From: Iphione sp. A-MEVVRFRX5 | Taxonomy: Eukaryota | Length of the DNA stretch: 64,000 nucleotides | Direction: 5' to 3' | NCBI GenBank assembly: GCA_976226885.1 | Contig: OZ320319.1 | Coordinates: 66,340,001-66,404,000 of the forward strand | Shown: positions 60,201 to 64,000 of the stretch, in pieces | How positions within the stretch are numbered: the first letter of the stretch is position 1 | Layout of the letters: the number at the start of each line of letters is the position of its first letter | Made by a program: the position numbers and the translations under genes | The notes under the pieces: generated by a model | Told to the model about the DNA's origin: nothing | Databases searched by the model: none | The model's input: the letters and a program-made list of their open reading frames with translations, nothing else

Positions 60201-61059
60201 TGACAACTCTCTCTCTCTCTACGAATGTGTTTACGATTGCAGTCTAAGCAAATGCCTTAAAGATTGTAAATATAATATAATGGAAATAGGACTTAGACAA
60301 ATGTACATATATGTCTATGATGTTTGTCGTTGGGCAGAAACGCCCTCCGTTTTCTTTCGAATGCCAAATGTTCATGATATTATTTTTTTTAAATCAATGA
60401 AACTGTGCTGCTCGACAGAAGACTGTGTGAACATAATACAAATGGTTGTAGCCACTTACGACAGAAGGTTCGTTACAACGCCAAACAATGTATCAGTTTA
60501 CACTGAAAAAGAACCTTAGAGTATAAACATCAAGTGACAACAATGCAAGCCATTCAAAAGGGCCTATCAGTATCCTATCTTTGAGTTCCGACTGCCAGCA
60601 GAATAACCCCACCGTTTTCGCAACATTAGAGTACCTGTTTTTGATCGCAAAGATAGGACACGCGCATAAATATTAGTAAGGGCAACCTGAAAGAAAAGAT
60701 ACTCTATCAGTTGAGTTCTGGAATAAACGTTCGCTTTTAGTAGCCGCATATTCAGTCGCCACTCCGACCAGAGCGATGGCGCCTACCTTTGACCGTCACA
60801 TTGCAAGTACTCTTGAGCTTCTTGTCGACCATGGCTGTAAACTGCGTGCTGTCGTCCAGCTTGGCGTTACGGATGACCAGCTGGCGTATCTTGCCCTCCT
60901 TGATGATCTCGTAGTTGGCGTCGTTCTTCTTAATGGCAACGCCTTTCTTCTGCCAGGTGACCGCCACGTCCTCCTTGCTCACCTCGCAGGTGAGGACCAC
61001 GCGGTCGCCCTCCTGGCAGGCGGTGTCCTCCAGAGGGGTGATGAACTTCAGTGGAACAG
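9..61059 (-). CDS. Giant titin/connectin-like muscle protein gene (partial; 85 exons, about 9,230 aa in window; 45 Ig, 39 Fn3, PEVK-like segment)
   Basis: The exons listed below join in frame through AG/GT sites, mostly phase 1-1. They show I-set Ig motifs (C..W..G..D.G.Y) and titin-type Fn3 motifs (PGPP..W.PP.DGGSPITGY.VE..Y.FRV.AEN.AG.G.PS). The gene continues off both window ends. Confidence 0.93.
597..769 (-). CDS. Exon: SR7 position 6, Ig-C second half
   Basis: 173 nt, phase 2-1; (W)YKGNKELF..ANVTVM|gtgagt. Confidence 0.88.
982..1096 (-). CDS. Exon: SR7 position 6, Ig-C first half
   Basis: 115 nt, phase 1-2; VGDAPKV..VVSP..FEIAW split in the Trp codon, gtgagt donor. Confidence 0.85.
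1334..1639 (-). CDS. Exon: SR7 position 5, Fn3
   Basis: 306 nt, phase 1-1; DKPGPPGP..DDGGSAITGY..VREPV. Confidence 0.92.
1854..2153 (-). CDS. Exon: SR7 position 4, Fn3
   Basis: 300 nt, phase 1-1; APPGPPPRP..ARDPW. Confidence 0.92.
2341..3195 (-). CDS. Exon: SR7 positions 1-3 fused (Ig-A, Ig-B, Fn3)
   Basis: 855 nt, phase 1-1; DEPIEFVRELQD..TKSPY. Confidence 0.93.
3489..4082 (-). CDS. Exon: SR6 positions 9-10, two Fn3
   Basis: 594 nt, phase 1-1; DVPSPPRSL..QTVKY. Confidence 0.93.
4228..4378 (-). CDS. Exon: SR6 position 8, Fn3 second half
   Basis: 151 nt, phase 0-1; VGDVSG..AKLPF. Confidence 0.88.
4606..4757 (-). CDS. Exon: SR6 position 8, Fn3 first half
   Basis: 152 nt, phase 1-0; DKPSAPRDL..LWTQ|gtgagc. 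Confidence 0.88.
5008..5295 (-). CDS. Exon: SR6 position 7, Ig-D
   Basis: 288 nt, phase 1-1; AAPKLTLD..FNVHIK. Confidence 0.92.
5828..6115 (-). CDS. Exon: SR6 position 6, Ig-C
   Basis: 288 nt, phase 1-1; VGTAPRLQ..ALKVE. Confidence 0.92.
6332..6484. mobile_element. Possible degenerate TA-flanked MITE
   Basis: TA|CAGTGGA...TCCACTA|TA; only a short terminal inverted match. Confidence 0.3.
6558..6857 (-). CDS. Exon: SR6 position 5, Fn3
   Basis: 300 nt, phase 1-1; DKPGEPGVP..AKAPL. Confidence 0.92.
7201..7494 (-). CDS. Exon: SR6 position 4, Fn3
   Basis: 294 nt, phase 1-1; GPPGPPGIP..KDGGAPITGY..TKDPF. This frame is absent from the ORF track and was read by hand. Confidence 0.88.
7744..8040 (-). 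CDS. Exon: SR6 position 3, Fn3
   Basis: 297 nt, phase 1-1; DKPGPPKNP..PKSQF. Confidence 0.92.
8291..8578 (-). CDS. Exon: SR6 position 2, Ig-B
   Basis: 288 nt, phase 1-1; APPKFTL..EETIYNMTAL..VKVI. Confidence 0.92.
8896..9165 (-). CDS. Exon: SR6 position 1, Ig-A
   Basis: 270 nt, phase 1-1; EESLFFTEALED..KLLVE. Confidence 0.92.
9270..9420. repeat. GA/GACA low-complexity microsatellite-like tract (intron)
   Basis: gacagagag, gacagacagacaaacagacag runs. Confidence 0.7.
9592..10185 (-). CDS. Exon: SR5 positions 9-10, two Fn3
   Basis: 594 nt, phase 1-1; DPPGPPRKV..VGKF. Confidence 0.93.
10408..10710 (-). CDS. Exon: SR5 position 8, Fn3
   Basis: 303 nt, phase 1-1; GRPSSPRDL..AKLPY. Confidence 0.92.
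10788..10821. repeat. 17-bp tandem duplication
   Basis: tataacacgaccataaa x2. Confidence 0.8.
10948..11238 (-). CDS. Exon: SR5 position 7, Ig-D
   Basis: 291 nt, phase 1-1; ATPKINYD..TVNII. Confidence 0.92.
11784..12071 (-). CDS. Exon: SR5 position 6, Ig-C
   Basis: 288 nt, phase 1-1; VGKPPKLL..ALTVQ. Confidence 0.92.
12456..12758 (-). CDS. Exon: SR5 position 5, Fn3
   Basis: 303 nt, phase 1-1; AKPGKMGEP..AKEEI. Confidence 0.92.
12775..12830. repeat. Degenerate (ATA)n microsatellite
   Basis: taataatgataatag..ataataataat..ataataatac. Confidence 0.65.
12976..13278 (-). CDS. Exon: SR5 position 4, Fn3
   Basis: 303 nt, phase 1-1; DVPGPPSAP..AKDPW. Confidence 0.92.
13347..13865. mobile_element. 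TA-flanked MITE (family A, TIR CAGTAGAAAGCC) hosting a nested element
   Basis: TA|CAGTAGAAAGCC ... GGCTTTCTATTG|TA (13/14 inverted match including TA); internal GGGACATGTCTC-like motifs shared with copies at 22774, 29491 and 42213. Confidence 0.7.
13421..13754. mobile_element. Nested TIR element inside MITE family A
   Basis: Left GGCTTAAAGAAAAGGTCCGTGTTTCCGGTAAC; the right end reverse-complements to GGCCCAAAGAAAAAATATCTGTATTTCCGGTAAC; subterminal gggtcggttgg motifs; no clean TSD. Confidence 0.55.
13989..14285 (-). CDS. Exon: SR5 position 3, Fn3
   Basis: 297 nt, phase 1-1; DKPSAPENL..PKSMH. Confidence 0.92.
14561..14689. other. Assembly gap (129 N) inside an intron
   Basis: Run of N. Confidence 1.
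14715..14999 (-). CDS. Exon: SR5 position 2, Ig-B
   Basis: 285 nt, phase 1-1; VGPSFTD..TDIIRGMTSM..KVVVL. Confidence 0.92.
15349..15618 (-). CDS. Exon: SR5 position 1, Ig-A
   Basis: 270 nt, phase 1-1; VEQILFTRELED..DVSFA. Confidence 0.92.
15868..16755 (-). CDS. Exon: SR4 positions 8-10, three Fn3 fused
   Basis: 888 nt, phase 1-1; DRPAPPKNV..PAKY. Confidence 0.93.
17139..17420 (-). CDS. Exon: SR4 position 7, Ig-D
   Basis: 282 nt, phase 1-1; EAPVLEY..TLNVR. Confidence 0.92.
17819..18106 (-). CDS. Exon: SR4 position 6, Ig-C
   Basis: 288 nt, phase 1-1; VGNPPEIK..VVSP..DLVVN. Confidence 0.92.
18686..18988 (-). CDS. Exon: SR4 position 5, Fn3
   Basis: 303 nt, phase 1-1; EKPGKPDPP..AKEPI. Confidence 0.92.
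19353..19655 (-). CDS. Exon: SR4 position 4, Fn3
   Basis: 303 nt, phase 1-1; DLPGPPQSV..AKNPW. Confidence 0.92.
20814..21110 (-). CDS. Exon: SR4 position 3, Fn3
   Basis: 297 nt, phase 1-1; DKPGEPENF..PKSQY. Confidence 0.92.
21876..22160 (-). CDS. Exon: SR4 position 2, Ig-B
   Basis: 285 nt, phase 1-1; APPKFTR..SETIYGMTSL..KVTVI. Confidence 0.92.
22476..22745 (-). CDS. Exon: SR4 position 1, Ig-A
   Basis: 270 nt, phase 1-1; VEKLVFVTPLED..NLSIK. Confidence 0.92.
22774..22942. mobile_element. MITE family A copy (degenerate)
   Basis: TA|AAGTAGAATGCC ... GGCTTTTCACTG|TA with internal AGGGACATGTCTCC. Confidence 0.6.
23099..23686 (-). CDS. Exon: SR3 positions 9-10, two Fn3
   Basis: 588 nt, phase 1-1; DPPGPPINL..PAKY. 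Confidence 0.93.
24021..24323 (-). CDS. Exon: SR3 position 8, Fn3
   Basis: 303 nt, phase 1-1; DRPSPPKNL..AKLPF. Confidence 0.92.
24716..25003 (-). CDS. Exon: SR3 position 7, Ig-D
   Basis: 288 nt, phase 1-1; VAPEITC..DIIVK. Confidence 0.92.
25242..25414 (-). CDS. Exon: SR3 position 6, Ig-C second half
   Basis: 173 nt, phase 2-1; (W)FKNSSEL..ILTVT. Confidence 0.88.
25618..25732 (-). CDS. Exon: SR3 position 6, Ig-C first half
   Basis: 115 nt, phase 1-2; VGQPPVIK..VISP..AKVKW. Confidence 0.86.
25932..26237 (-). CDS. Exon: SR3 position 5, Fn3
   Basis: 306 nt, phase 1-1; AKPGKPSRP..LQELL. Confidence 0.92.
27313..27615 (-). CDS. Exon: SR3 position 4, Fn3
   Basis: 303 nt, phase 1-1; DPPGPPEAP..AKDAF. 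Confidence 0.92.
27783..28079 (-). CDS. Exon: SR3 position 3, Fn3
   Basis: 297 nt, phase 1-1; DKPGPPENF..PKCQY. Confidence 0.92.
28579..28863 (-). CDS. Exon: SR3 position 2, Ig-B
   Basis: 285 nt, phase 1-1; APPKFIS..SETIYGMTTL..KVTVI. Confidence 0.92.
29193..29462 (-). CDS. Exon: SR3 position 1, Ig-A
   Basis: 270 nt, phase 1-1; VEKLVFVTPLED..TLSIK. Confidence 0.92.
29491..29679. mobile_element. MITE family A copy (paralog of 22774-22942)
   Basis: TA|TAGTAGAAAACC ... GAATTCCACTG|TA; same position in the paralogous intron. Confidence 0.55.
29797..30467. mobile_element. Non-autonomous Tc1/mariner-like TIR element (671 bp) with internal minisatellite
   Basis: TA|CAGTTGATTCTCTATTTCCGACC at left; the right end reverse-complements to CAGTGGAGTCTCTATTTCCGACC (21/23); absent from the paralogous intron near 23060. 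Confidence 0.8.
29980..30250. repeat. 73-75 bp tandem repeat, about 3.7 copies, inside the MITE
   Basis: ggtgt(a/g)ag..catcagagagg..gatgcccc..ctccc..accactct units start near 29980, 30055, 30129 and 30202. Confidence 0.8.
30504..31091 (-). CDS. Exon: SR2 positions 9-10, two Fn3
   Basis: 588 nt, phase 1-1; DPPGPPINL..PAKY. Confidence 0.93.
31262..31564 (-). CDS. Exon: SR2 position 8, Fn3
   Basis: 303 nt, phase 1-1; DRPSPPQNL..AKLPF. Confidence 0.92.
31736..32023 (-). CDS. Exon: SR2 position 7, Ig-D
   Basis: 288 nt, phase 1-1; VAPNITY..DIVVK|gttatt. Confidence 0.9.
32294..32466 (-). CDS. Exon: SR2 position 6, Ig-C second half
   Basis: 173 nt, phase 2-1; (W)YKNSTLL..ILTVT. Confidence 0.87.
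33058..33172 (-). CDS. Exon: SR2 position 6, Ig-C first half
   Basis: 115 nt, phase 1-2; EGEPPVVK..VISP..AEIKW|gtaagt. Confidence 0.87.
33366..33671 (-). CDS. Exon: SR2 position 5, Fn3
   Basis: 306 nt, phase 1-1; AKPGKPGRP..LEESL. Confidence 0.92.
34026..34143. repeat. 58-bp tandem duplication within a purine-rich intronic tract
   Basis: aggtctggggtagagggtagtaataggggaatgttgagagtagca(g/a)aaggcagaaaga x2 (starts 34026 and 34084). Confidence 0.85.
34425..34727 (-). CDS. Exon: SR2 position 4, Fn3
   Basis: 303 nt, phase 1-1; DPPGPPETP..AKDAY. Confidence 0.92.
34985..35281 (-). CDS. Exon: SR2 position 3, Fn3
   Basis: 297 nt, phase 1-1; DKPSEPTNL..AKSAF. Confidence 0.92.
35387..35895. mobile_element. 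TA-flanked MITE (509 bp) with internal 87-bp repeats
   Basis: TA|CAGAGAGAACTCCAAAACCGAA versus reverse-complemented right end TA|CAGACGATACTCCAAGTCCGAA (18/24 including TA); many subterminal TTCGGA motifs. Confidence 0.65.
35494..35702. repeat. 87-bp tandem repeat, about 2.4 copies
   Basis: acagagaggaac starts at 35494, 35581 and 35668. Confidence 0.85.
36169..36450 (-). CDS. Exon: SR2 position 2, Ig-B
   Basis: 282 nt, phase 1-1; VPPTFNT..EETISGMTCL..KVIVL. Confidence 0.92.
36703..36975 (-). CDS. Exon: SR2 position 1, Ig-A
   Basis: 273 nt, phase 1-1; VEQISFLVPLED..RLLVK. Confidence 0.92.
37421..37714 (-). CDS. Exon: SR1 position 10, Fn3
   Basis: 294 nt, phase 1-1; DVPEAPGRP..PKKH. Confidence 0.92.
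38078..38377 (-). CDS. Exon: SR1 position 9, Fn3
   Basis: 300 nt, phase 1-1; DKPGPPVNL..AKDPY. Confidence 0.92.
38595..38709 (-). CDS. Exon: SR1 position 8, Fn3 second part
   Basis: 115 nt, phase 0-1; ATKLQEGHKYLFRVLAEN..AKLPF. Confidence 0.87.
39045..39232 (-). CDS. Exon: SR1 position 8, Fn3 first part
   Basis: 188 nt, phase 1-0; DRPSPPQNL..TLTIK|gtgagc. Confidence 0.88.
39408..39698 (-). CDS. Exon: SR1 position 7, Ig-D
   Basis: 291 nt, phase 1-1; VAPTIKY..TVVVK. Confidence 0.92.
39997..40284 (-). CDS. Exon: SR1 position 6, Ig-C
   Basis: 288 nt, phase 1-1; DGNEPQVI..VVSP..NLTVH. Confidence 0.92.
40552..41151 (-). CDS. Exon: SR1 positions 4-5, two Fn3
   Basis: 600 nt, phase 1-1; DVPGAPDAP..VKTSI. 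Confidence 0.93.
41205..41363. mobile_element. TA-flanked MITE (family with GGTCTC motifs, 159 bp)
   Basis: TA|CAGTCAAAAC..GAGACCA ... GTGGTCTTAAACAGGGTGTCGACTG|TA; repeated TTGGTCTC. Confidence 0.6.
42213..42252. mobile_element. Right end of a MITE family A copy
   Basis: TAGAGACATGTCCCTAAGGTGGCTTTCCACTG|TA is nearly identical to 13834-13867; left end not identified. Confidence 0.45.
42348..42519 (-). CDS. Exon: SR1 position 3, Fn3 second part
   Basis: 172 nt, phase 0-1; DVKRRSWME..AKNAF. Confidence 0.88.
43109..43233 (-). CDS. Exon: SR1 position 3, Fn3 first part
   Basis: 125 nt, phase 1-0; DKPSPPQNP..DDGGSPITGYKVEVK. Confidence 0.88.
43413..43700 (-). CDS. Exon: SR1 position 2, Ig-B
   Basis: 288 nt, phase 1-1; AAPQFVLG..TLVVY. 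Confidence 0.92.
43966..44235 (-). CDS. Exon: SR1 position 1, Ig-A
   Basis: 270 nt, phase 1-1; EEVIDFVRHLED..KLRVE. Confidence 0.92.
44315..44659. mobile_element. Degenerate MITE-like sequence related to 41205-41363
   Basis: TA|CAGTC start; two TIR-like ends (TTCGACTG|TA at about 44578 and TTTCAACTG|TA at 44659); GGTCTC motifs. Confidence 0.4.
44842..44966 (-). CDS. Exon: distal tandem Ig17 second part
   Basis: 125 nt, phase 2-1; IDLKSEGTKH..SLFVG. Confidence 0.87.
45115..45256 (-). CDS. Exon: distal tandem Ig17 first part
   Basis: 142 nt, phase 1-2; EKELEFLTPL..KWLKGK. Confidence 0.87.
45696..45968 (-). CDS. Exon: distal tandem Ig16
   Basis: 273 nt, phase 1-1; ELPLEYVRPL..KLTVK. Confidence 0.92.
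46316..46585 (-). CDS. Exon: distal tandem Ig15
   Basis: 270 nt, phase 1-1; EAAPELLKPL..KLTVQ. Confidence 0.92.
47153..47422 (-). CDS. Exon: distal tandem Ig14
   Basis: 270 nt, phase 1-1; ELPIEFLKPL..KLSVE. Confidence 0.92.
47624..47893 (-). CDS. Exon: distal tandem Ig13
   Basis: 270 nt, phase 1-1; ERPLEIVVPL..TLIVE. Confidence 0.92.
48132..48303 (-). CDS. Exon: distal tandem Ig12 second part
   Basis: 172 nt, phase 0-1; VTWLKNG..KLIVD. Confidence 0.88.
48515..48612 (-). CDS. Exon: distal tandem Ig12 first part
   Basis: 98 nt, phase 1-0; EKPPAFMTSL..KSNLQ. Confidence 0.86.
48768..49034 (-). CDS. Exon: distal tandem Ig11
   Basis: 267 nt, phase 1-1; AEPLKIVTPM..NLIVD. Confidence 0.92.
49265..49534 (-). 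CDS. Exon: distal tandem Ig10
   Basis: 270 nt, phase 1-1; EAPPVFTKPL..ELTVE. Confidence 0.92.
49820..50086 (-). CDS. Exon: distal tandem Ig9
   Basis: 267 nt, phase 1-1; EIPIEFIVPL..PLTVK. Confidence 0.92.
50412..50529 (-). CDS. Exon: distal tandem Ig8 second part
   Basis: 118 nt, phase 0-1; ILVDGCDHKL..HLHVE. Confidence 0.86.
50738..50889 (-). CDS. Exon: distal tandem Ig8 first part
   Basis: 152 nt, phase 1-0; EEPVTFTIPL..TWFKDG..DARIK. Confidence 0.86.
51136..51402 (-). CDS. Exon: distal tandem Ig7
   Basis: 267 nt, phase 1-1; EAPLKFVRPL..KLFVE. Confidence 0.92.
52111..52377 (-). CDS. Exon: distal tandem Ig6
   Basis: 267 nt, phase 1-1; GAPITITRPL..ALRVE. Confidence 0.92.
53229..56708 (-). 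CDS. Giant exon: PEVK-like Lys/Glu/Pro-rich elastic segment (1,160 codons)
   Basis: ttttgctccag|..ATA G|gtaggt, 3,480 nt, phase 1-1, fully open; 6 QVPWWKKKK and 15 (I/V)PKW modules. Confidence 0.9.
57326..57592 (-). CDS. Exon: proximal tandem Ig5
   Basis: 267 nt, phase 1-1; ECPISFTKPL..KVSVT. Confidence 0.9.
58118..58384 (-). CDS. Exon: proximal tandem Ig4
   Basis: 267 nt, phase 1-1; EIPTTITKPL..MVWVE. Confidence 0.92.
59097..59417 (-). CDS. Exon: proximal tandem Ig3 with E/V/A/P linker
   Basis: 321 nt, phase 1-1; EEPVVEEAAVAEKAPVVEEPLTVF..MLWVE. Confidence 0.9.
59911..60177 (-). CDS. Exon: proximal tandem Ig2
   Basis: 267 nt, phase 1-1; AIPTEFTKPL..KLTIE. Confidence 0.92.
60787..61059 (-). 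CDS. Exon: proximal tandem Ig1 (first Ig in window)
   Basis: 273 nt, phase 1-1; AVPLKFITPLED..NVTVK. Confidence 0.92.
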
Positions 61060-62302
61060 CTGCAAGAGTAGCGCTAATTTATGGAGCCCTGCCCTTCAAA
61101 CTATGTCAAAGGCAACTTTGTGACGTGTGTTGGAAAAGGTAGCTGTAGATTTTATCTGCCGTCATCCTCTACTCTCGACGATGGACAGATCCGGAAATCG
61201 TATATCAATATACATGGTGTCGATAAGGCTTGTGTGCAGCCTTTAAGTCTGAATAATTTTGACTTAGGTTAAGGTTAAGTGAAATGAAATATAGATAGTG
61301 ACTGCCCAACTGTGTGGCTTGTTACATAATTATGTAGGCAATGTTGACCCCTGTCTAATACTACTAATATTATTTAATATTGTTGCTGTCTCTGTAACCT
61401 ATTCCCCAAATAATATAGATCTCTATTTCAAATTCTGCTTTAGTGTCACTATGTCCAAACTTTAGGATTTGTTCAACCGAATTCATGATGTAATAGATAC
61501 AAGAGATCGTCTTATCACATGAGTATAGTTTCCGTTGAAACTGCTGTGTACTATCAGCCTTATACACAATACATTGATGACGGGCAATTTATGTTAGCCA
61601 ACATATTCTCTGGACCGATGATGCATGCAAACTTATTTCACCTGCGTTAATTGCACTAACGACATGACGAGTATACCTTTTTGAATGAGTGTTCAGAGAT
61701 CCTTTTTTTTCGCCAATTTCACCTCTTAAGCTAAAGTTATTCTCGGTCATATGACACTTATCTACGAACTTACATATAAACCAAGTGTTTTTTTTAGTAT
61801 GCATGCGTCTACCAAACCTTACAACGAATTCCATGCCATATCGAATATGAAGAGTACATCTCATGCAAGGATGGTGTGTGCAGTCGAGTAGATTGCTGTA
61901 AATTTATCACTGGGAGCAGTAAACATGGTCTAGACAGTGTTTGTCAAAAGGACAGCTTTTTTTAGATAAAAGACCTGATCAAATCTCATATTTACATATA
62001 TGACTATGATCGCAATTCTGTCTCAGCTAGCATTTTCAAAAATATGATTTTCATGATTCATAAAACATTAAATTCATCCTTAAATGTTCCAGATTTTTAC
62101 ATTAATAATCCAGTTGGGTTTTACATATCAATTCTACTCTTACCACTTGTTTTAATTGATCATTTACGATTAATAAGAACTTAGAAGTCGGATAATAAAA
62201 CCAGCAGTAAGTATTTACTGAACACTTACTTTGAAGGAATATACAGTAGCCATGTTATTTGTATAAATACAAACCAAGCCATGATTTTCACAGAAAAATA
62301 TC

Positions 62303-62308
62303 TTTATT
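62303..62308 (-). promoter_or_regulatory. Polyadenylation signal AATAAA
   Basis: About 355 nt after the TAA at 62663; followed on the minus strand by a U/GU-rich tract (ttggtttgtattt). Confidence 0.55.
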
Positions 62309-62662
62309 TTAAAACAATAGAAAAATAGTTATGTTGATATTTGACCTATATATACCTAAAATATATTTTACATTTGAACGGAACGATATCAATGTCAAGC
62401 CCGCAAAAGCTTCAAAGCTAGACTCAATAATAACATTACAAAAATAAAGTGACTTCCACGGTGTTGTAGCTTACAGCTCGACGTACATCCATAATAGAGT
62501 TGCTATGACGAAATATGCAATATTAGGTGAAAGCAGAAACGAATGCTGTGCAAGTGAACAAAGTGAATTGGCAGGCAGTGGTCGTCAGTAATGGTCTAGC
62601 AGTGTAACCAAGTGTCGTTGTACCCGTTCGAGCCGCAAGTGATCAGATAAATGGAATGTCAG

Positions 62663-63870
62663 TTACTCTTTTAAAGGGCGAGGATGACTGCTCCGGTCAG
62701 AGATATATTTCAATGCACGAGCTTTGATGCTATCCGCCCGGGTCGTCCCTCTACATGAGGTCATGGTGGCACACGAGGTAACTGCTGGGGTTGCAGCCTC
62801 GCCATCTACCTGGTGTCGAGTATGTGCAGAAGTCAATGTGACCCTTTTAGCTGATCTTTCTGATGTTTTGTGTTGCGCTCTGGGTGATACGGGGATATGC
62901 GAATGAGGGAGTACTCCACTTAATGCAAGTAATTCATTGCCGACCTTTGATGTTTGCCTCTCGTCCCACTGGATGGTTGTCGCAGCAGGCCGTGAAGCAC
63001 TACGAACGGGATGTTCGGACATTGCTCTTGTGCTGAAACCTGTACGCTTCTGTGCAGGACCGAAAATATTCCTCCGTTCTTTTAATTCGAATTGGGAGGT
63101 TGAAATATCCGTATCGAAATGAGGTTGTCGCCTCTCCCTCATTGGAGGGACGTTTCCTGGACGGATGAGAGAAATGGCTCGATGTAACACACACTGTAAT
63201 GGTGGAAGACCATCCATCATCCAGGGTCCTGTGGTGGGAAGGACGTCCGGAGGGGCATGATCAGAGCCCCTCTCTACCCAAGGCGTGTCAGGCTGAACGA
63301 CTGAGACAGGATGGGCTAGGTTACTGTTTTCTTCTTTTTCTTCTTCTTCTTCTCCTCCTCCTCCTCCTTCTTTTTCTTCTTCATGCTCTTCATATATGGG
63401 AACCAAACTTGGGGCCACCGTTTCGCACAACTGCCTGGACGCCTTGATGTTGCCTCGAGACAATATTGATATGTTTGTTGATGGCGAACTAGTCATGGTC
63501 TCTACGTCAATGGAAACAGTGACAGCTCTGACATCATCATGCCTCTCCGATCTGGAAGACCCTAAATTCAAAGTCTGATCGCCTTGGGTTGAAGATCTGT
63601 TGTTGTGAACTTCCTCGATCATGTAATCCTGTTTCATACCAAGGGCGACTACATCATCGTCACCCATATGAGAAACTGCACCACAAGTGTCTGCTTTAAG
63701 GAACGATTCATCATCTCCACTCTTTGCACTGCTGTATGCAGATAAATTATCATCGGTATCTTCTTTCGTAGTTCTCCTGCTTTGGAACCGGCCCAGTGCA
63801 TGCATTGGTTCACTGGGGGCACCATCGTCTGGCGAACTTTCTGTCGGGTTGGAAAGTAAGGGTTTTAAAG
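62663..63870 (-). CDS. Stop-containing terminal exon, about 400 aa low-complexity (no Ig/Fn3); probable alternative last exon of the titin-like locus
   Basis: gaattacag| acceptor at 63871 is in phase 1 with the 380-aa ORF ((A)LKPLLSNPTESSPDDGAPSEPMHA..); ends in TAA; contains an acidic EEHEEEKEGGGGGEEEEEKEE tract. Confidence 0.65.
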
Positions 63871-64000
63871 CTGTAATTCAGGCGCTTTGATGGGTTAGTA
63901 CCCACCACCTGGCTGTTGCCTTACACTAACAAAAAAGTGGCCTGAATTTTACTTAAAATAAACTGAAGCAGTATGTTTGGGGGATAATGTTCTACCAAGG

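Noticed and set aside
62663-62670. GA|gtaact at the end of the unique exon as a donor continuing to Ig1
   Set aside because: It would be phase 2, incompatible with the phase-1 acceptor at 61059. The TAA plus polyA signal fits better.

Overview
Animal genomic DNA with GT-AG spliceosomal introns. It is an invertebrate by inference, possibly a lophotrochozoan, but the taxon cannot be determined from the sequence. Almost the whole window is an internal part of one giant titin/connectin-family muscle gene on the minus strand, open at both ends. I traced 85 exons with AG/GT boundaries and consistent phases, totalling 27,696 nt (about 9,230 codons). From 5' to 3' they encode 5 tandem Ig domains, a single 3,480-nt Lys/Glu/Pro-rich elastic (PEVK-like) exon with Trp-anchored repeats, 12 more tandem Ig domains, and 6.7 copies of a strict 10-domain super-repeat (Ig-Ig-Fn3-Fn3-Fn3-Ig-Ig-Fn3-Fn3-Fn3, 972-978 aa each). 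The total is 45 Ig and 39 Fn3 domains. No kinase domain lies in the window. Other points of note: a phase-1 stop-containing exon with a polyA signal upstream of the Ig array (a Novex-3/kettin-like alternative end); a roughly 7-kb tandem duplication of exactly one super-repeat with low GC3 and near-identical patches; and several TA-flanked MITEs, one nested and one present in only one duplicate. No RNA genes, CRISPR arrays or prokaryotic features were seen. All coordinates and counts were made by hand.
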